Shown here one piece after another: positions 31,901 through 44,773 of a stretch of 64,000 nt of DNA (position 1 is its first letter; the number at the start of each line of letters is the position of its first letter). The stretch spans positions 17,546,001 through 17,610,000 of the forward strand of contig CM052826.1 in NCBI GenBank assembly GCA_028534125.1, given 5' to 3'. Source of the stretch: Lama glama. Its lineage: Eukaryota. The notes beneath the pieces were generated by a model. It searched no databases and was not told the origin of the DNA. It saw nothing but the letters and a program-made list of their open reading frames with translations. The position numbers were made by a program, and so were the translations under genes.

Positions 31901-34900
31901 AGGCTGACGAGGGGGATGAGCTGCGGCAGCGCTGTCTGGACCTGGAGCGGCAGGTGGGGCCAAGGTGGGGGTCCATCGGTGCTCCTGGACAGGCTCACCT
32001 GCAAAACCCACCTCCCAGCTCCAGCTCATCTGTATGCCCTGCCCACAGCTGGTACTCCTGTCAGAGGAGAAGCAGAGCCTGGCTCAGGAAAACGCGCTGC
32101 TGAGGGAGCGGGTGGGCCGGTCGGAGGGTGAGGGTGCCACTGGCCTCACCGCCAAGAAGCTGCTGTTGCTGCAGTCCCAGCTGGAGCAGCTGCAGGAGGA
32201 GAATTTCAGGTGTGGTCGGGGGGACAGGGCCAGCAGGCCAGGGGACTGGGGCAGACACAGCACCCTCATGTGACACTCCCCCCATCCCCCAGGCTGGAGA
32301 GCAGCAGGGAGGATGAGCGTCTGCACTGTGCCGAGCTGGAACGGGAGGTCACTGAGCTGCAGCAGCGGAACCAGGCGCTGACCAGCCTGGCCCAGGAGGC
32401 GCAGGCCCTGAAGGATGAAATGGATGAGCTTCGGTGAGTGGCAGGTCCTCACTGCACACTTCCATTGCCAGAGTGCTCCTCTGCTGCCACATTACCTCTG
32501 TAACCCCAAATTCCTCGTGGGCCCCCATAATGCCCCCTAGTCTCCATAGTACCCTCCTGAACCGCCCTTCACTATCCTGGAATTCACCATGTTTGGACAA
32601 ACACCAAACTCCCTGGATCCATGGTGGTGCCCTTGGGGAACCCACGGTGTCCCCCTGTTATCCCGCATACCATATAGCATTCCTGTGATGCCAGCATGCC
32701 CAGCCCCCTTTCCATAATGCTCCCCAGACCTCACTGCAACATTCTGGGTCCCATCATGCCCCAGGATCCCATGGTGCCTTCCAGAATCCCACAATGCAAT
32801 AACCTTGATCCCTTGACCCCTTTGTCCCCCCGTCACACGACTATCTTACAACTCCACAGCATCCCTGCAACCCCAAAGTGCTTGGTAGGCTCCCGTAGCA
32901 CCAGCTCTCAACCTCACTGTGCCTTCTGTAGCCTCAAAGCTCCCCTGTGACCCCACAGCACCCCTGTTATGTTAAAGTGCCTAGTGAGCCCCTGCTATAC
33001 CTTCAAAAACCCCATAGTGCTCTGCCCCAAATCCCCCCATTACCCCCCCCATGATCCCTGCACCCACAATGCTCTTGTTGGTCCCACAGCCACCTCATGA
33101 CCTGGAAGTGTCCATGGGGGCGCCTCAGACCCTCTGGGCCCCATCATTTCCCCCTGTAACCCCACAATCATTTTGTGTCCCCACAATCCCTGAGGATCGC
33201 TGATTTTGACCCTGGACTAACCATTGATGCTTAGGGGTCCCTTTATGCTCACTAATGATCCCCCAACACCACCAGGCCCCGCTGATCCCTGACCCTTATC
33301 ATCTTGAACCCAAACTCTCCAAGGCTGATATGACACCTTCCCCTTCCCTGAGGACCTCACAACCAAGCTGAACCCTTGACCGCAGACCCCCGCCTCCTCT
33401 TCCCACTCGCCCCGCCCCCGTCCCCAGGCAGTCCTCAGAGCGTGCTGGGCAGCTGGAGGCTACGCTGAGCAGCTGCCGGCGCCGCCTGGGCGAGCTGCGG
33501 GAGTTGCGGCGGCAGGTGCGGCAGCTGGAGGAGCGCAACGCTGGCCACGCTGAGCGCACGCGGCAGCTGGAGGATGAGCTGCGCCGGGCCGGCTCCCTGC
33601 GCGCCCAGCTAGAGGCTCAGCGGCGGCAGGTGCGAGAAGGGGCCTGGACCTGGACTGGGGTGGGGGCTCCTCCTGGCTCGTCCCGCTGACTTTGGCCCAC
33701 CCTGGGCTGGGTGCTGAGCCCTTCCACCCAGAGCCCGCTCTTTTATATACAGGCCACACCCTCGAGGCCGGCCCGCTCCTCTCTAGGCCTTTAAGCCCCG
33801 CCCCCTCTCTTAAGCCCCTTCCTCCAAGTTCCTTGCAGCTGGTCCCTCTGGTCCCATCCTTTCACCTTGTACACCTGCCCCTCCTTCCCACCTTGCTGTC
33901 CTCTCCCCTCCCCTCTGTTCAGGTTCAGGAACTGCAGGGCCAGCGGCAGGAGGAGGCCATGAAAGCCGAGAAATGGCTATTCGAGTGCCGCAATCTGGAG
34001 GAAAAGTATGAGTCGGTGACGAAGGAGAAGGAGGTAAGGCTGAGGTCCCATCGTCCAAGTTCCACCCTGCCCGTCATGGCATAGCCCATTCTACAGGAGG
34101 CCGATCCTGCCTTAAGTGGCCTGTTGCACCCTGTCTCTCCAGCGGCTGTTGGCAGAGCGGGACTCCCTGCGGGAGGCCAATGAGGAGCTGCGCTGCGCCC
34201 AGATGCAGCCTCGGGGGCTGACCCAGGCCGGTGAGTTGGAGACCCATCCCGGGGGCCTGAGAGCGGGGTGGCCTGGGGACTTAACTGGCCTCGTGTGCTG
34301 TTGAGACAGACAGAAAAGGCAGTGTCCCAGGGTTTGTCTAGGCTGGGGGCAGAACTCGGCCACACTGGAGGGAGGTTAGCGTGGAGAGGTGACATGGGCT
34401 GACAGAAAGCAAGGGCTGTCCTTCAGGGTTCTGGGTGGGGCAGAGGCAAATTCAAGTCAAGCATCATGGCTCCCTGATGGCTGAAGTTGAACCCCCAAAG
34501 ATGCTTCTTGAAAAGGGGACCCTAGGGATGGGGACAGAAACTGCAGCCCCCTGAAGACTTTTCTTAAATTCTCCAGACCCCTCACTGGACGCCACCTCAC
34601 CAGCTGTGGAAAACTTAGCAGCCGAGATCCTACCTGCGGAGCTCAGGTATCCTGGGGTCACTCAGAGCTCTGGCCTCCCCCTGGCCTGCCAGTGCCCACC
34701 CTCAGCCCCGCCCCCAGTGCAGGTACTTACCACTAGCCAGGCCTGCTCGCCCTGGTTCCCAAGTCCTAAACAGGCTTCTAGGCTCACCCACTCCTCATTC
34801 TGCTGTTACATGGCCTGGGCTCTAGCCCTATTGGTGGCTCACCTCTCCAGGATCCATCCTTAGTACACAAATTAGGTCCAACCCATCTGTCTCCACTCCC

Positions 34901-37900
34901 CAGGCAAAAATCTTTTGCCCCAGCCTCACCCACATCTGTTCTGCCCCCAGGACACAGTCCTGTCCTCAGTGTATTCCGTGCTAGGTTCAGTGCCCTGTGC
35001 CTTGCCCACATGAACTCCCACTCCAGCTTTACTTATTGAAATGTCTTGCTTTCCCTCAGTCCCACCTCAGTGTTCTAACCCGCTCCTGCAGCCCCGCCCT
35101 TGCCTGGCCCTACTCCTAGACCCAGTTCATGGCTCCGCCCACTTTGCCCCTAGGCACAACCCCCAGTACTGTAATCCTACCCCAGGGTCTGGCTGGGCTC
35201 TTCCCCAGGGCTCTGTCCCTCTCCTAGCCGCCTCTGCCAGTCACCCTGCCAGAGCCTGGGAAGGCCTGAGGGGTGACCCATCCCCAGCCCTGCTCCATCC
35301 TCTTTCGGCAGGGAGACACTCCTGCGGCTTCAGCTGGAGAACAAGCGCCTGTGCCAGCAGGAGGCGGCCGATCGGGAGCGGCAGGAGGAGCTGCAGCGCC
35401 ACCTGGAGGAGGCCAACCGTGCGCGCCACGGGCTGGAGACGCAGCACCGGTGAGGACCTACCTGGCGGTGCCCCAAGCGAGCCGCCGATGTGGGCTGAGG
35501 GCGGGCGCAAGCACTGAGCGGGCCCCCCACCCCCGCAGGCTGAACCAGCAGCAGCTGTCGGAGCTGCGGGCCCAGGTGGAGGACCTGCAGAAGGCCCTGC
35601 AAGAGCAGGGGGGCAAGACTGAGGACGTGAGTGCCCACCTCCTCCCTGCCTGGCCCTCCCTTGTGTCCCCCAGTAACCCTCCTCTCTCTCCCCTCTGCTG
35701 CCCGATGCCCTGTGAAGTCCATTGTAAGTACCTTGGGCCCAGGGTGACACCCCCTACCCTCACCCTGGGAAGAGTTTTGGACCTCTGGACCACCTACTCA
35801 CCCAGTGCCTCTTTTCTCCTCCAGTCAACACTGCTGAAGAGGAAGCTGGAGGAACATCTGTAAGTCCCAGGGGGAGGGCACTCCTGGTGGGGAAAAAGGC
35901 TGAAGCAAAGGTTTGGGGATGGATTTGGCGTCGATGGGGAATATGTTTATGAGGGAGTCAGCCAAAACACAGACAGATGGGTCAGATCAAGTGGGGTCTT
36001 ATAGACCAAGGAAAGGAGTATGGACTGCTTGAGAGAAACTCTGGGGAGCCACAGAGGGAATTCAACAGGGTTGTGCGACAAACTGATAGTCATTTACTTT
36101 TTGCATTGTTAAAAAAGAAACTTTTAAATAGCTATCACATTTATAGTTTAAATACCAAAATTTATACCAAGCTATACAGGAAGAAAGGGTGTACTTCTCA
36201 GTGCCCCCCTTATTGACTCAGTTTCCACTCCATTCCTATTTATTATGGAAATCTTTCCAGAGTTTTCAAAGCAAATGCAAATGAATATGAATATAGGTTT
36301 TTATTCTTATTCCTATTTATATAAAAGTTAGCATAATATGTGCTACTTTGCACTTTGCTTTCCCTACTTAATAAGATAACTGGGGAAATTCCTCCATATG
36401 AATAAATATAGGGAATCCTTATTTTTTTTAAATATAGCAGCCTTTGTCAACAGAGGTTCCACAGGGAAACTAGGCTTTACAGAAAATTATTTTCATGATT
36501 TTTCTCAGTTCTGCCAAGGATGGAATGTAGTTAGTGCCGACCCAGGGCACAGAAAGTTATTTCCTTACAGAGGATGGGTGCCTGGAGGCATTTGGCTTTA
36601 ATTCTCCTGTAGAATTCTGGTCCAGAAGGGCTGGCCTATAGCATTGTTTGTAATATCATAATGTGTTCAAGTCATTCATTCTAGGTATTTGCAATTTCAA
36701 ACAATGCAACAGAGTAAAACCTTGTATATGAATCATTTCACTTGCGTGCAAATATATCACAAAAATGGACTGGGTGACTCAGAGGGTACGTGTTTTTGTA
36801 GTTTTAGTAGTCATAGCCAAAGGTTTGCTATTAGATGTTACACCACATTCCACGTCCAACACATAATAGTCTCGTCTAGAAGGAGTGTTATATCTTTGAG
36901 GGTTTTGCCACCAGTGGCAGAACTGTAAAGTACTAGCTTGCATTTTCTTTTGTTATAAGAGACTTGCACTCTAGAAAGATCCTTGGCTGCAGGGTCGAGA
37001 ATGGAACTGAGGAGTTGAGAGTAAGAAGAGGCTGGCGAAGGATGATGGTGCCTGGACCAGTGTGTGGGCTGTGGAATGGGGAGAAGTGGACAGATTGAGG
37101 GACTGGTCCAGGGACCACCTGAAGAGGGGAGTGGAGGGTTGTGGCTCTGATGACTGAGGGGATGGTGAGGCCAGGGCACACAGCCCCCCAGCTTGAAGTC
37201 AGGCAGAGAGGTCTGCAGGGACACTTCTGGCCATCTGGCAAGGCTTCGGCCACCACTGAGATGAAGATAAGTGGGCCCAGAGGTCAGGCTGCAGCTGTTC
37301 GTGCCCTGCCCACAGGCAGAAGCTGCACGAGGCGGATTTGGAGCTGCAGCGGAAGCGCGAATACATCGAGGAGCTGGAGCCTCCTGCAGACAGCAGCAGT
37401 GAGTGGACTCAGAGGCTGGATGGGTGGGGGGGGGAGCCCTGAGCTTGGTGTGGAGCTGAGGGGCCACCTTGTTCCCCCAGCAGCCCGGCGTATTGAGGAG
37501 CTGCAGCACAGCCTGCAGAAGAAGGATGCAGACTTGCGGGCCATGGAGGAGCGGTACCGCCGCTACGTGGACAAGGCACGCACGGTGAGGATGCTAGGTG
37601 CCCCACTGGCCTCCTGCCGAAGTTACTGCCTCCCATTGGTTCCTACCTCCTGCCAGGTGGCAGTTCTCTGCCCCCTACCCCCACATCTGTCATACCTTAT
37701 CACATCACAGACTTCTACAACCTGGCCTGTGAAGCCAAGCTCTCTGTGACTGTGTCTTCTCCAAACCCTAGGTCATACAGACCCTGGAACCCAAGCAGCG
37801 GCTGCCTGGGGGGGGTCCCCCAGAACTCCATGCTCTGAGGACACAAATCCAGGAGCGGAATGTCCGTATCCGGCACTTAGAGGTGAGTGTCCTTATACCT

Positions 37901-38250
37901 TCTCACTGCTCCCAGCACATCCAGGCCCTTGACTATTGCCTCATTAGCAGATGGACTTTGAGAAGAGTCGAAGTCAGCGGGAGCAGGAAGAAAAGCTGCT
38001 CATCAGTGCCTGGTATAATATGGTGAGTGCACTGTCACCATGTTGAAGAACTGGGGGGTCCTGTGGGCTCACCTGACCCCAACTATGCCCTTCCCTCCAG
38101 GGCATGGCTCTGCAGCAGCGAGCTGGGGAAGAGCGGGCACCTGCCCATGCCCAGTCGTTCCTGGCACAGCAACGGCTGGCCACCAATGCTCGCCGAGGAC
38201 CTCTGGGACGCCTAGCATCTCTGAACATGCGCCCCACTGACAAGCACTGA
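28955..38250 (+). CDS. HOOK2: Protein Hook homolog 2 (dynein adaptor), 22 constitutive coding exons, 717 aa (719 with microexon)
   Basis: Exons: 28955-28999, 29521-29606, 29676-29748, 30703-30753, 30842-30974, 31069-31136, 31493-31555, 31873-31953, 32049-32209, 32293-32433, 33428-33629, 33923-34033, 34143-34230, 34577-34646, 35312-35449, 35539-35626, [35718-35723], 35825-35859, 37316-37398, 37481-37584, 37772-37882, 37951-38022, 38101-38250. Total is 2154 nt without the bracketed exon, with consistent phases. The protein starts MSVDKAELCGSLLTWLQTF and has a Hook domain followed by coiled coils. AATAAA lies at 38530-38535. Confidence 0.97.
29980..30600 (-). mobile_element. L2 fragment in HOOK2 intron 3
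   Basis: Purine-rich L2 antisense signature, including gggaacagcaaatgcaaaggccctgag. Confidence 0.55.
35718..35723 (+). CDS. HOOK2: Candidate 6-nt HOOK2 microexon (Ser-Ile)
   Basis: Sequence gaag|TCCATT|gtaagt within a phase-0 intron, preceded by a pyrimidine tract and TGC motifs. Confidence 0.75.
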
Positions 38251-38749
38251 TGGATCTCAGGATTCTGCCACCTGTCCAGCCAGTCAGGGCATAATCCACC
38301 CTGGATTCCCCTACTCACATGGGACCTAGCATTATGCGTCAGCCAGCTGCTTAAGAGCCTTGAGATCATAACCTCTGCCCTTTGACCTCCCAGGTGGGAC
38401 AAGAGTGCAGGATGGGGCGGGAGCCAGGATTGGGCCTCTTCTTTTTAGCAGTGTGATTCTTATTCTTGATTTTCTCCCTGGGATTTGTGAGCTGCTAGGG
38501 GAGAAAGTGATTTTATATTTGAGAAAAATAATAAAGACTTTGGATCTGCCCCGGCTGGACTCTGGGCAGGAAGGGGATGGAGAGAAGATGGGCGAGGTAC
38601 TCAGACTACTGCTTTCAAGAAAGCCCTGGCTTTTGTTCTTACCAAAGTGTGAGTGACTGATAGCACCCAGTAGGAGGTTTGAATCATGTTTGTATCTGTG
38701 TAACCGTATATGTGCATGTTGGGTTTTCAAGAAGCTTCAGACAAAGCTT

Positions 38750-39720
38750 CCCTACCTTAGGAAGCTGTCAATTCATTGGAGGGAGACAGATAATAAGCAA
38801 AACAGATAAAATAAAAGTTTGATATGAGAAGTGCTAAAGAACAAGAAAAAGCAGACAAAGTGATGGAGAGGCAGAAAGTGGATTTAGGGGGTGGTGATTT
38901 TTAGTAAATGGCCGGGAAAGGAGGCCTCACCAAGGAAGTGACATAATTTAAGCAGAGACTTGACATAGGTGAGGGCGGTGGCATATATTTGGGGAAGTGT
39001 GGTCCAGGTAGAGGGAATGGGATGTGCAAAGACCCTGAGGTGAGACCTTGCTCCATGGGTTAGAGAGACAGTGAGAAGGCTGTTGTAGCCAGAGTGCAGT
39101 GAGTGAGAGAAAGAGTGGGAACAATTTAGAGCAGGGAGATTGTTCAGGGCCTTATGGGAGTGTGTGGAATACTTTAGCTTTTATTCGAAGTGAAGTGGGA
39201 GCTACAGAGGGTTCTAAGCAAAGCAGCAACTGATGTGACCTGATTTAAGTGTTCATAGGCTCCCTTTGGCTTCCATGGGAGGAAGAGACTGTGGGGATGG
39301 TAGGGCCAGAGCTAAGAGACCAGAGTGTAGTTAATTAGTCGAGATGGGTGGTTGGGTGATAGTGACAGTTTTGGCCTGGGTGGAGGCCCTGGAGTAATGG
39401 GAAATGGCTGGATTCTGGATACAATTTGAAGACCAAGCTGATGGGATTTGGTACTGAGTTGATGTGGAAGGGGGATGAAAGAAAGAGAGAAGTTGAAGAT
39501 GACTCCCTGGGTTTGGCCTCATCTGGAAGGACAAAGCTGACAGACAGGTTGGGACAGGTGGGGATCCAATAGGGAGCTGTTTTGGGGGCATGTTATGTTG
39601 GAGATGCCCGTGAGATCCCCACGTGGAGATGTTGAGCAGGCAGTTGGCTCTCTGGGTCTAGAGTCAGGGGAGGGGTCCTGGCTGGACTTCTAAATTCAGG
39701 AGTCATCAACATATGATTAA
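38750..39720 (-). mobile_element. L2 element between HOOK2 and BEST2
   Basis: L2 segments: tgcaaagaccctgaggtg, gaagatgactccctgggtttggcct and gtggagatgttgagcaggcagttgg. Confidence 0.65.
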
Positions 39721-40205
39721 TATCAGACCTAGAGCACTGTAGGGGTATCAGAGTGCAGGGATTTGGGGCAGAGGGGTCACTTGCAGAAGCATAAATCAAG
39801 GCTGACAGGAAGAAGCTGTGGTCCTGGGACTGTAATTTGTACATTAATGAATGAGTAAAGCCAAGGGCCACCCCTACTTCAGATGGGGCCATTTCAGAGA
39901 GCAGAATTTGCAAAGAAGTGGGCAGGGCATTGCCAAATAATCTGGAGGAATTCTCAAAGCTTACTTAGCGTAATGCCTGGTAAAAGCTGAATAAAAACCA
40001 CTAACATTTTGCCCTTAGTGCAGTGCCTGGCTCAGAGGAGGCGCTCCAAGCCTCTGTGCCAAACCTAAAGGCGGGAGCGCAGGTAGCTGGCAGGTAAGAA
40101 GCGAGAAGGCAGAGTCCACAAGCAGCTTATGCAGACCCAAGCCACTGCTTGCGGTCGGTGTCGGGGCTTAGTTCCCTGTCGTTGGGGATCCAGGGTCCAA
40201 GGGTC

Positions 40206-43200
40206 TCAGGACAGACTCTCCTCTTCCTCACCAATGGGGCTGGGCAGCCAAGGTGGAGCCGGCCCCCGGGACCCGGGCATTGGCACAACAGTGAAGGGCT
40301 CCGCAGGTGGCCCGGGGGCGGGGGCGGGGGCAGGTGCGAGAGTGAGAGGCTCGGGGCCGGTGGAAGGCTCAGGCTCCGTCTCCCGCAGGCCTAAGTCTAG
40401 CAGCGGGTCCCCACAACCGCATTCCGGGGCCAAGCCGTCGAGGGCGCCCGCGCACGCGCAGCTGGCGGTCGTAGACGCCTCCGACACGCAGCTGTTCTTG
40501 CGGCGCAGCAAGGACAGGCGCCGGCCCAGCAGGCCTCCTGGGGCCGTGCCTGCGCCCACCGGCAGGAGGCGCTGCAGGAAGTCGCAGTGTGCTTCCACCA
40601 GCGGCGCGTCCATGCCGTCCGGCCGCTGGAACTGCATATCCTCCTTGGCCAGCCTACGGGAGAGACAGTGGGTCAACTCTGCGGCCTCACCCTTCTTCAT
40701 CAACAGAGCTGGGACCGAGGCACACTGCTTTTCCTGGCTCTACCCACCCCTTTGTCCCACTTATCTCAAAAGACCTTGGCTCCTCACCCGAGAGCCTAGC
40801 CTTATCCTCTGTCTCTGGCTATGCTCAAACTCAAGCCTAAAAAGGCTCAGCTGTGGCTCTGCCGCGTGTCCTTTAGTATCACTTATGGTCCATCCAATCT
40901 TCATACACCGCAACCCTTACCTCTGCTCTCAGTTAGTGGCCGGGTCCCAGACCTTAACCCGGATCCCTGACCCCTGCCCTGTCTCAGTCCTCACAGACTT
41001 TAGCTCTTTGTCCCGAATCTCCAGGGTGTAGCTTTTAGCCTCGTCCTCGTCACCCACAGCCCTTTCGGTCAGATACTCCCCGCAGTCATGAGCCCCGCCC
41101 CCAAGAGGCCCCGCCCACCCACTGTCTTACGTGATGTCGAAGGTGGAGCCCTGGAAGGAGGGCTGCTGCATCAGGAAGGCGGTCGCGGCCGTGTAGGGGG
41201 CGCGAGCCTCGGCCGCGTCCCAGTACAGGTCCTTCTCCAGCATGACCAGGTCGTCGTACATCTCGTCCACAGCTAGCATTGACACCTGCGGGCGCGGACA
41301 CGCGGGGAAGTCTGGAGCATGGAAAAACTCTGGTACCGCAGGATGGACCTCTCAGGATGGATAGGAGTGTGGTGACCAAAGAAGGATGGTTCAGGAGCAA
41401 GGCCTGGGCTTGTCTTGGCAGCGGTGGGGCCAGGGCCGTTTGGGGACCCCAGAAGTCTCACCTGGAAGTTGCGATCGATCAGAAAGTTGGTCTCAAAGTC
41501 ATCGTCATCCTCTCCGAAGGGGTTGATGAGCTGCTCAGCTACCTGAGTGGAGAGGGGAGAGGTAGGCGGGGCCCTGAGAATCCCTCTCCGCCCCACCCCT
41601 GGAGTTCTGGCCTCGGAGCCCCACCCACCTTGAGCCAGCCGGCATAGAAAAAGAACTGCAGCAGGGTGAAGATGGGCACGAACAGGTCCAAGTCGTGGTC
41701 TTTGTAGCCCTGTGCTGGATCCAGGAACTGGCGACCAATGAGGCAGGCCAGGAAGTAGCTGTACACAGCGATGGTCACCACCTGGGGGTAGGGCAGGGCA
41801 GAGTGCCAAGTCAGGGTTCTCTGGGTCTTAGGGGTCATGGAGCGACCAGGGCTAGGATTGGGAGTCACTGTGATGGGGTCTTAGATGGCCCTCAGTTTTC
41901 TCTTGAGACAAACGCGCCAGGGCCTCTCACACGCGATATTAAAAGGCATGCTGGGTTACCTGGGTGTAGACGAGAGGTACACTAATCCAGTCGTAGTGAA
42001 AGAGCATCCCACACTTGCTGCGAAACACAGTCAGTTCCTGGTAGCAGATACAGGTCATGAGGGGGCCTGAATTGTGAGCTCACACATGTAGGGGTACCTG
42101 GGATGGAGGTGAGTAGTTACCTGGTGGGAAGTGGGCGTGTGCTTCTAGGGACTCCAGGGAGAGTGTTTAGTGGTGAGTGTACACCTGGGGTAGGGGACAC
42201 TATGCACCGAGGAGCCACCCCATAGAGATAAGTGTGCACCCGAGGGCAGCTAGATAAGTGCTTGGAATCCGCCTTGTGGGAGGTTCACAGCAGTCCGCGA
42301 TGTGACACAACTCCAAGATGGGAGGGGTATATTTACCCTGGTATTTTATATGAATGACCACCTGGCGAGCCCACCTCCAGCAGCAGTTTAAGGGCGCCGT
42401 TGTCGCGGATGCGGCCCTCGCGCCGAGCCTGAGCTGCCAGGTTGGAGAACCAGATGCAGGGCACCCAATACTTGTTGTAGGATGAGTTTAGGTTCTCGAA
42501 CTTCTTGCGCTCTTCGCGGGTCATAAATCCTGGAGCGGCGAGGTCGGGGGTTACTTGGCCTGCCCCCACCCAGTCCTTGCGCTCCTCCCCCTTCCCCTTT
42601 TGGCCAGAGCCTGACCTGCCTCCACTACGTGGTCTATGGTGGGGAAGCGCTTGAAGACCGCGGTGCTGACCGAGCGCAGGATAAGCACAGCAGAGAGCCC
42701 TGCGTAGCGCATGAGCGTGCGTCGGTAGAGGCGGCCACGCTCGTCCCGCCCGTGCACTGTGCCGACCACCACGCACATGAGCGGGTCGGGCATGGGCATG
42801 CATAGGTACTGGTTCCACCAGCGGTGCACCACCAGCGTCACATAGAAGCCTGCGGGAGAACCAGAAAGCCGGGAATGGGGTGAGGGCTCATTTGGGACAC
42901 TAAGGCCAGAGGTGTAGGGGCCCAGGTCAAGAGAAGAGGAATGACATAGGGTCAGCATCAGGGACACGGGGTATGCTGGACATCCTGGGGGTCCAGCCCT
43001 GAGGTCAGAGGTTGGTGAAAGCTGAGTCACCCTGGCTACTTGGGTGTCACTTGGGATGGGAGACTGGGATCCTGGTATAGAGGTGGAGACCCAGGGTCCA
43101 CAGGCAGGTTGTCACCAAGGCCACAGGGAGCCCTTGAGCCAGGGATGTGTGATGAGGTTGGGCACAGGGTATAAGTCAGAGAGCCTGGGGCAGGATGGTC

Positions 43201-44067
43201 ACCCTATCCTTGTGGGCCCAGAACGGTAGGAGGAAGGCTGAGGTCACATGAAGTCACTGAGGACAGAGGGCCAGGACTTGTCAGAGAAATGCCCCTCAGG
43301 CTGAACTTGAGAGGATGGAGTCATATAGGGTCCTTGGAGGGGTCCCTGGGGCTCAGGACATGTGAGGGGAAGCACTAGTAACCCCATGCATACACAGATG
43401 GGAGTCCCTGAGGTGGCCAGGGATAAGCCTGTAGATGACATGGAGCTCTCATTGGGGCATCTCAGGGGACACACTGACCAAGTGACATCCAAGGTCTTGG
43501 GAATCAGGGCCATACCTGGCATAAAGGACGCAGAATGGGGATTTGTGGGGATTGAATTTAAGAGGGGTCTCAGAAAGGAAGGAATGGGAAATCTCCAAAA
43601 GGCATGAATGACGGTGGGTTTCTCAGGATCTGGGGAATGAGAAATTCAGGAGCGCGAACGCACCGAGCACAAAAGAGACCGGGATGAGACTGGCGTACTG
43701 ATCGCAGTAAATGACGAGCTTCTCGAAGTAGCGCTTCTGCTCTTGGGTCAGCACGAAGCTGTGAGGGAGGGGACGCGGGGTCACGGGCGAGCCCCGGTTC
43801 CCAGCTGAAGCTCTCTCTTCCCGCGCCCTCTCCCGGGGAGGCCTAGGGACCCTCCCCAGTACCGCCCCCCACCCCCATCCCCGGTGGGCACCTCTCCACC
43901 CGGGGGCTGCCTCACCGATAGGCGGCACTCAGCGCCATGTAGAGCCCGAGGAAACAGAGCAGCTCGCGCCACAGAAGTTTGTAGATGCTCCCGCGCCACA
44001 GCAGCAGCAGCTGCGAGAAGCCGCCGAAGCGCGCGTTCGCCACGCGGGCTGTGTACGTGACTGTCAT
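40206..44067 (-). CDS. BEST2: Bestrophin-2 (Ca2+-activated anion channel), 9 coding exons, 516 aa
   Basis: Exons: 44067-43916, 43758-43664, 42849-42616, 42529-42375, 42037-41960, 41781-41629, 41542-41462, 41285-41131, 40653-40206, totalling 1551 nt. The protein starts [17 protein letters not shown] and contains KRFPT (RFP motif) and the Ca2+ clasp [13 protein letters not shown] probable upstream non-coding exon donor lies at 44930/44929. Confidence 0.97.
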
Positions 44068-44734
44068 CGCGGCCCCCGGGCCAGAGGAGCCAAAAGAGGG
44101 GGGACTGGACCGGACCTGGGCCTGTGTGCCGAGGGATGGGGGACCGGGAGGGGGCCGAGCTGGAGGCTGCGGGCGGGGGTGGAGAGCGCGGGGCCGACTC
44201 AACTCCGCGTCCCCTTCAGCGCCCTGCTACCTCCTCATAGGCGCCCTTGCTCAGGTTCCCGTCTCCTCCCACCTGCTCAGTCCTGCCTTAGCCCCCATCC
44301 TCCTCCCCAAGGCCCTTCTCGCAAGCCACTCCCTTCCTTGGACTTTTGGTCCCAGCGTCTTGAGCAGACCTCCCCAGGCCCTCGCCATCCATCCTCCACA
44401 CCCAAGACCTTTAGGTCCACCACGTTTACCTAAGTTGCCCTCTGTCTGATCCCATACCCCTTTCCACCTACAGCCTCCCCAGCTCCCTAAATCCCCAGCG
44501 CCTCAGTTTGTAGGTTCCTGGGGCTCCAACTGACTTCCCACCCTAATTCCCCTCCCTTCAGTCCCGCTTCTGCCTTCCCTCCGCCCATTCCCCTTACCCA
44601 GTCCCTGCCCATTCCCCACCATGCACTTCCTTTTGAAGCCCTCCAAACTCCAGTCCCTGTCTCCAGGTCTCCTACAGCCTCAGGCTGGCTCCCTCTCCTG
44701 CACAGCTGCCCCAGCCTATCTCCCTCCCACTTAA

Positions 44735-44773
44735 CTGCCCAGGCTCTGCCCAGGCTCTGCCCAGGCTCTGCCC
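44735..44773. repeat. 11-bp tandem repeat (CTGCCCAGGCT) x3.5
   Basis: Read directly from the sequence, in the 5' intron of BEST2. Confidence 0.9.

Noticed and set aside
40129-41031. 300-aa plus-strand ORF
   Set aside because: It is the antisense shadow of the GC-rich last exon of BEST2.
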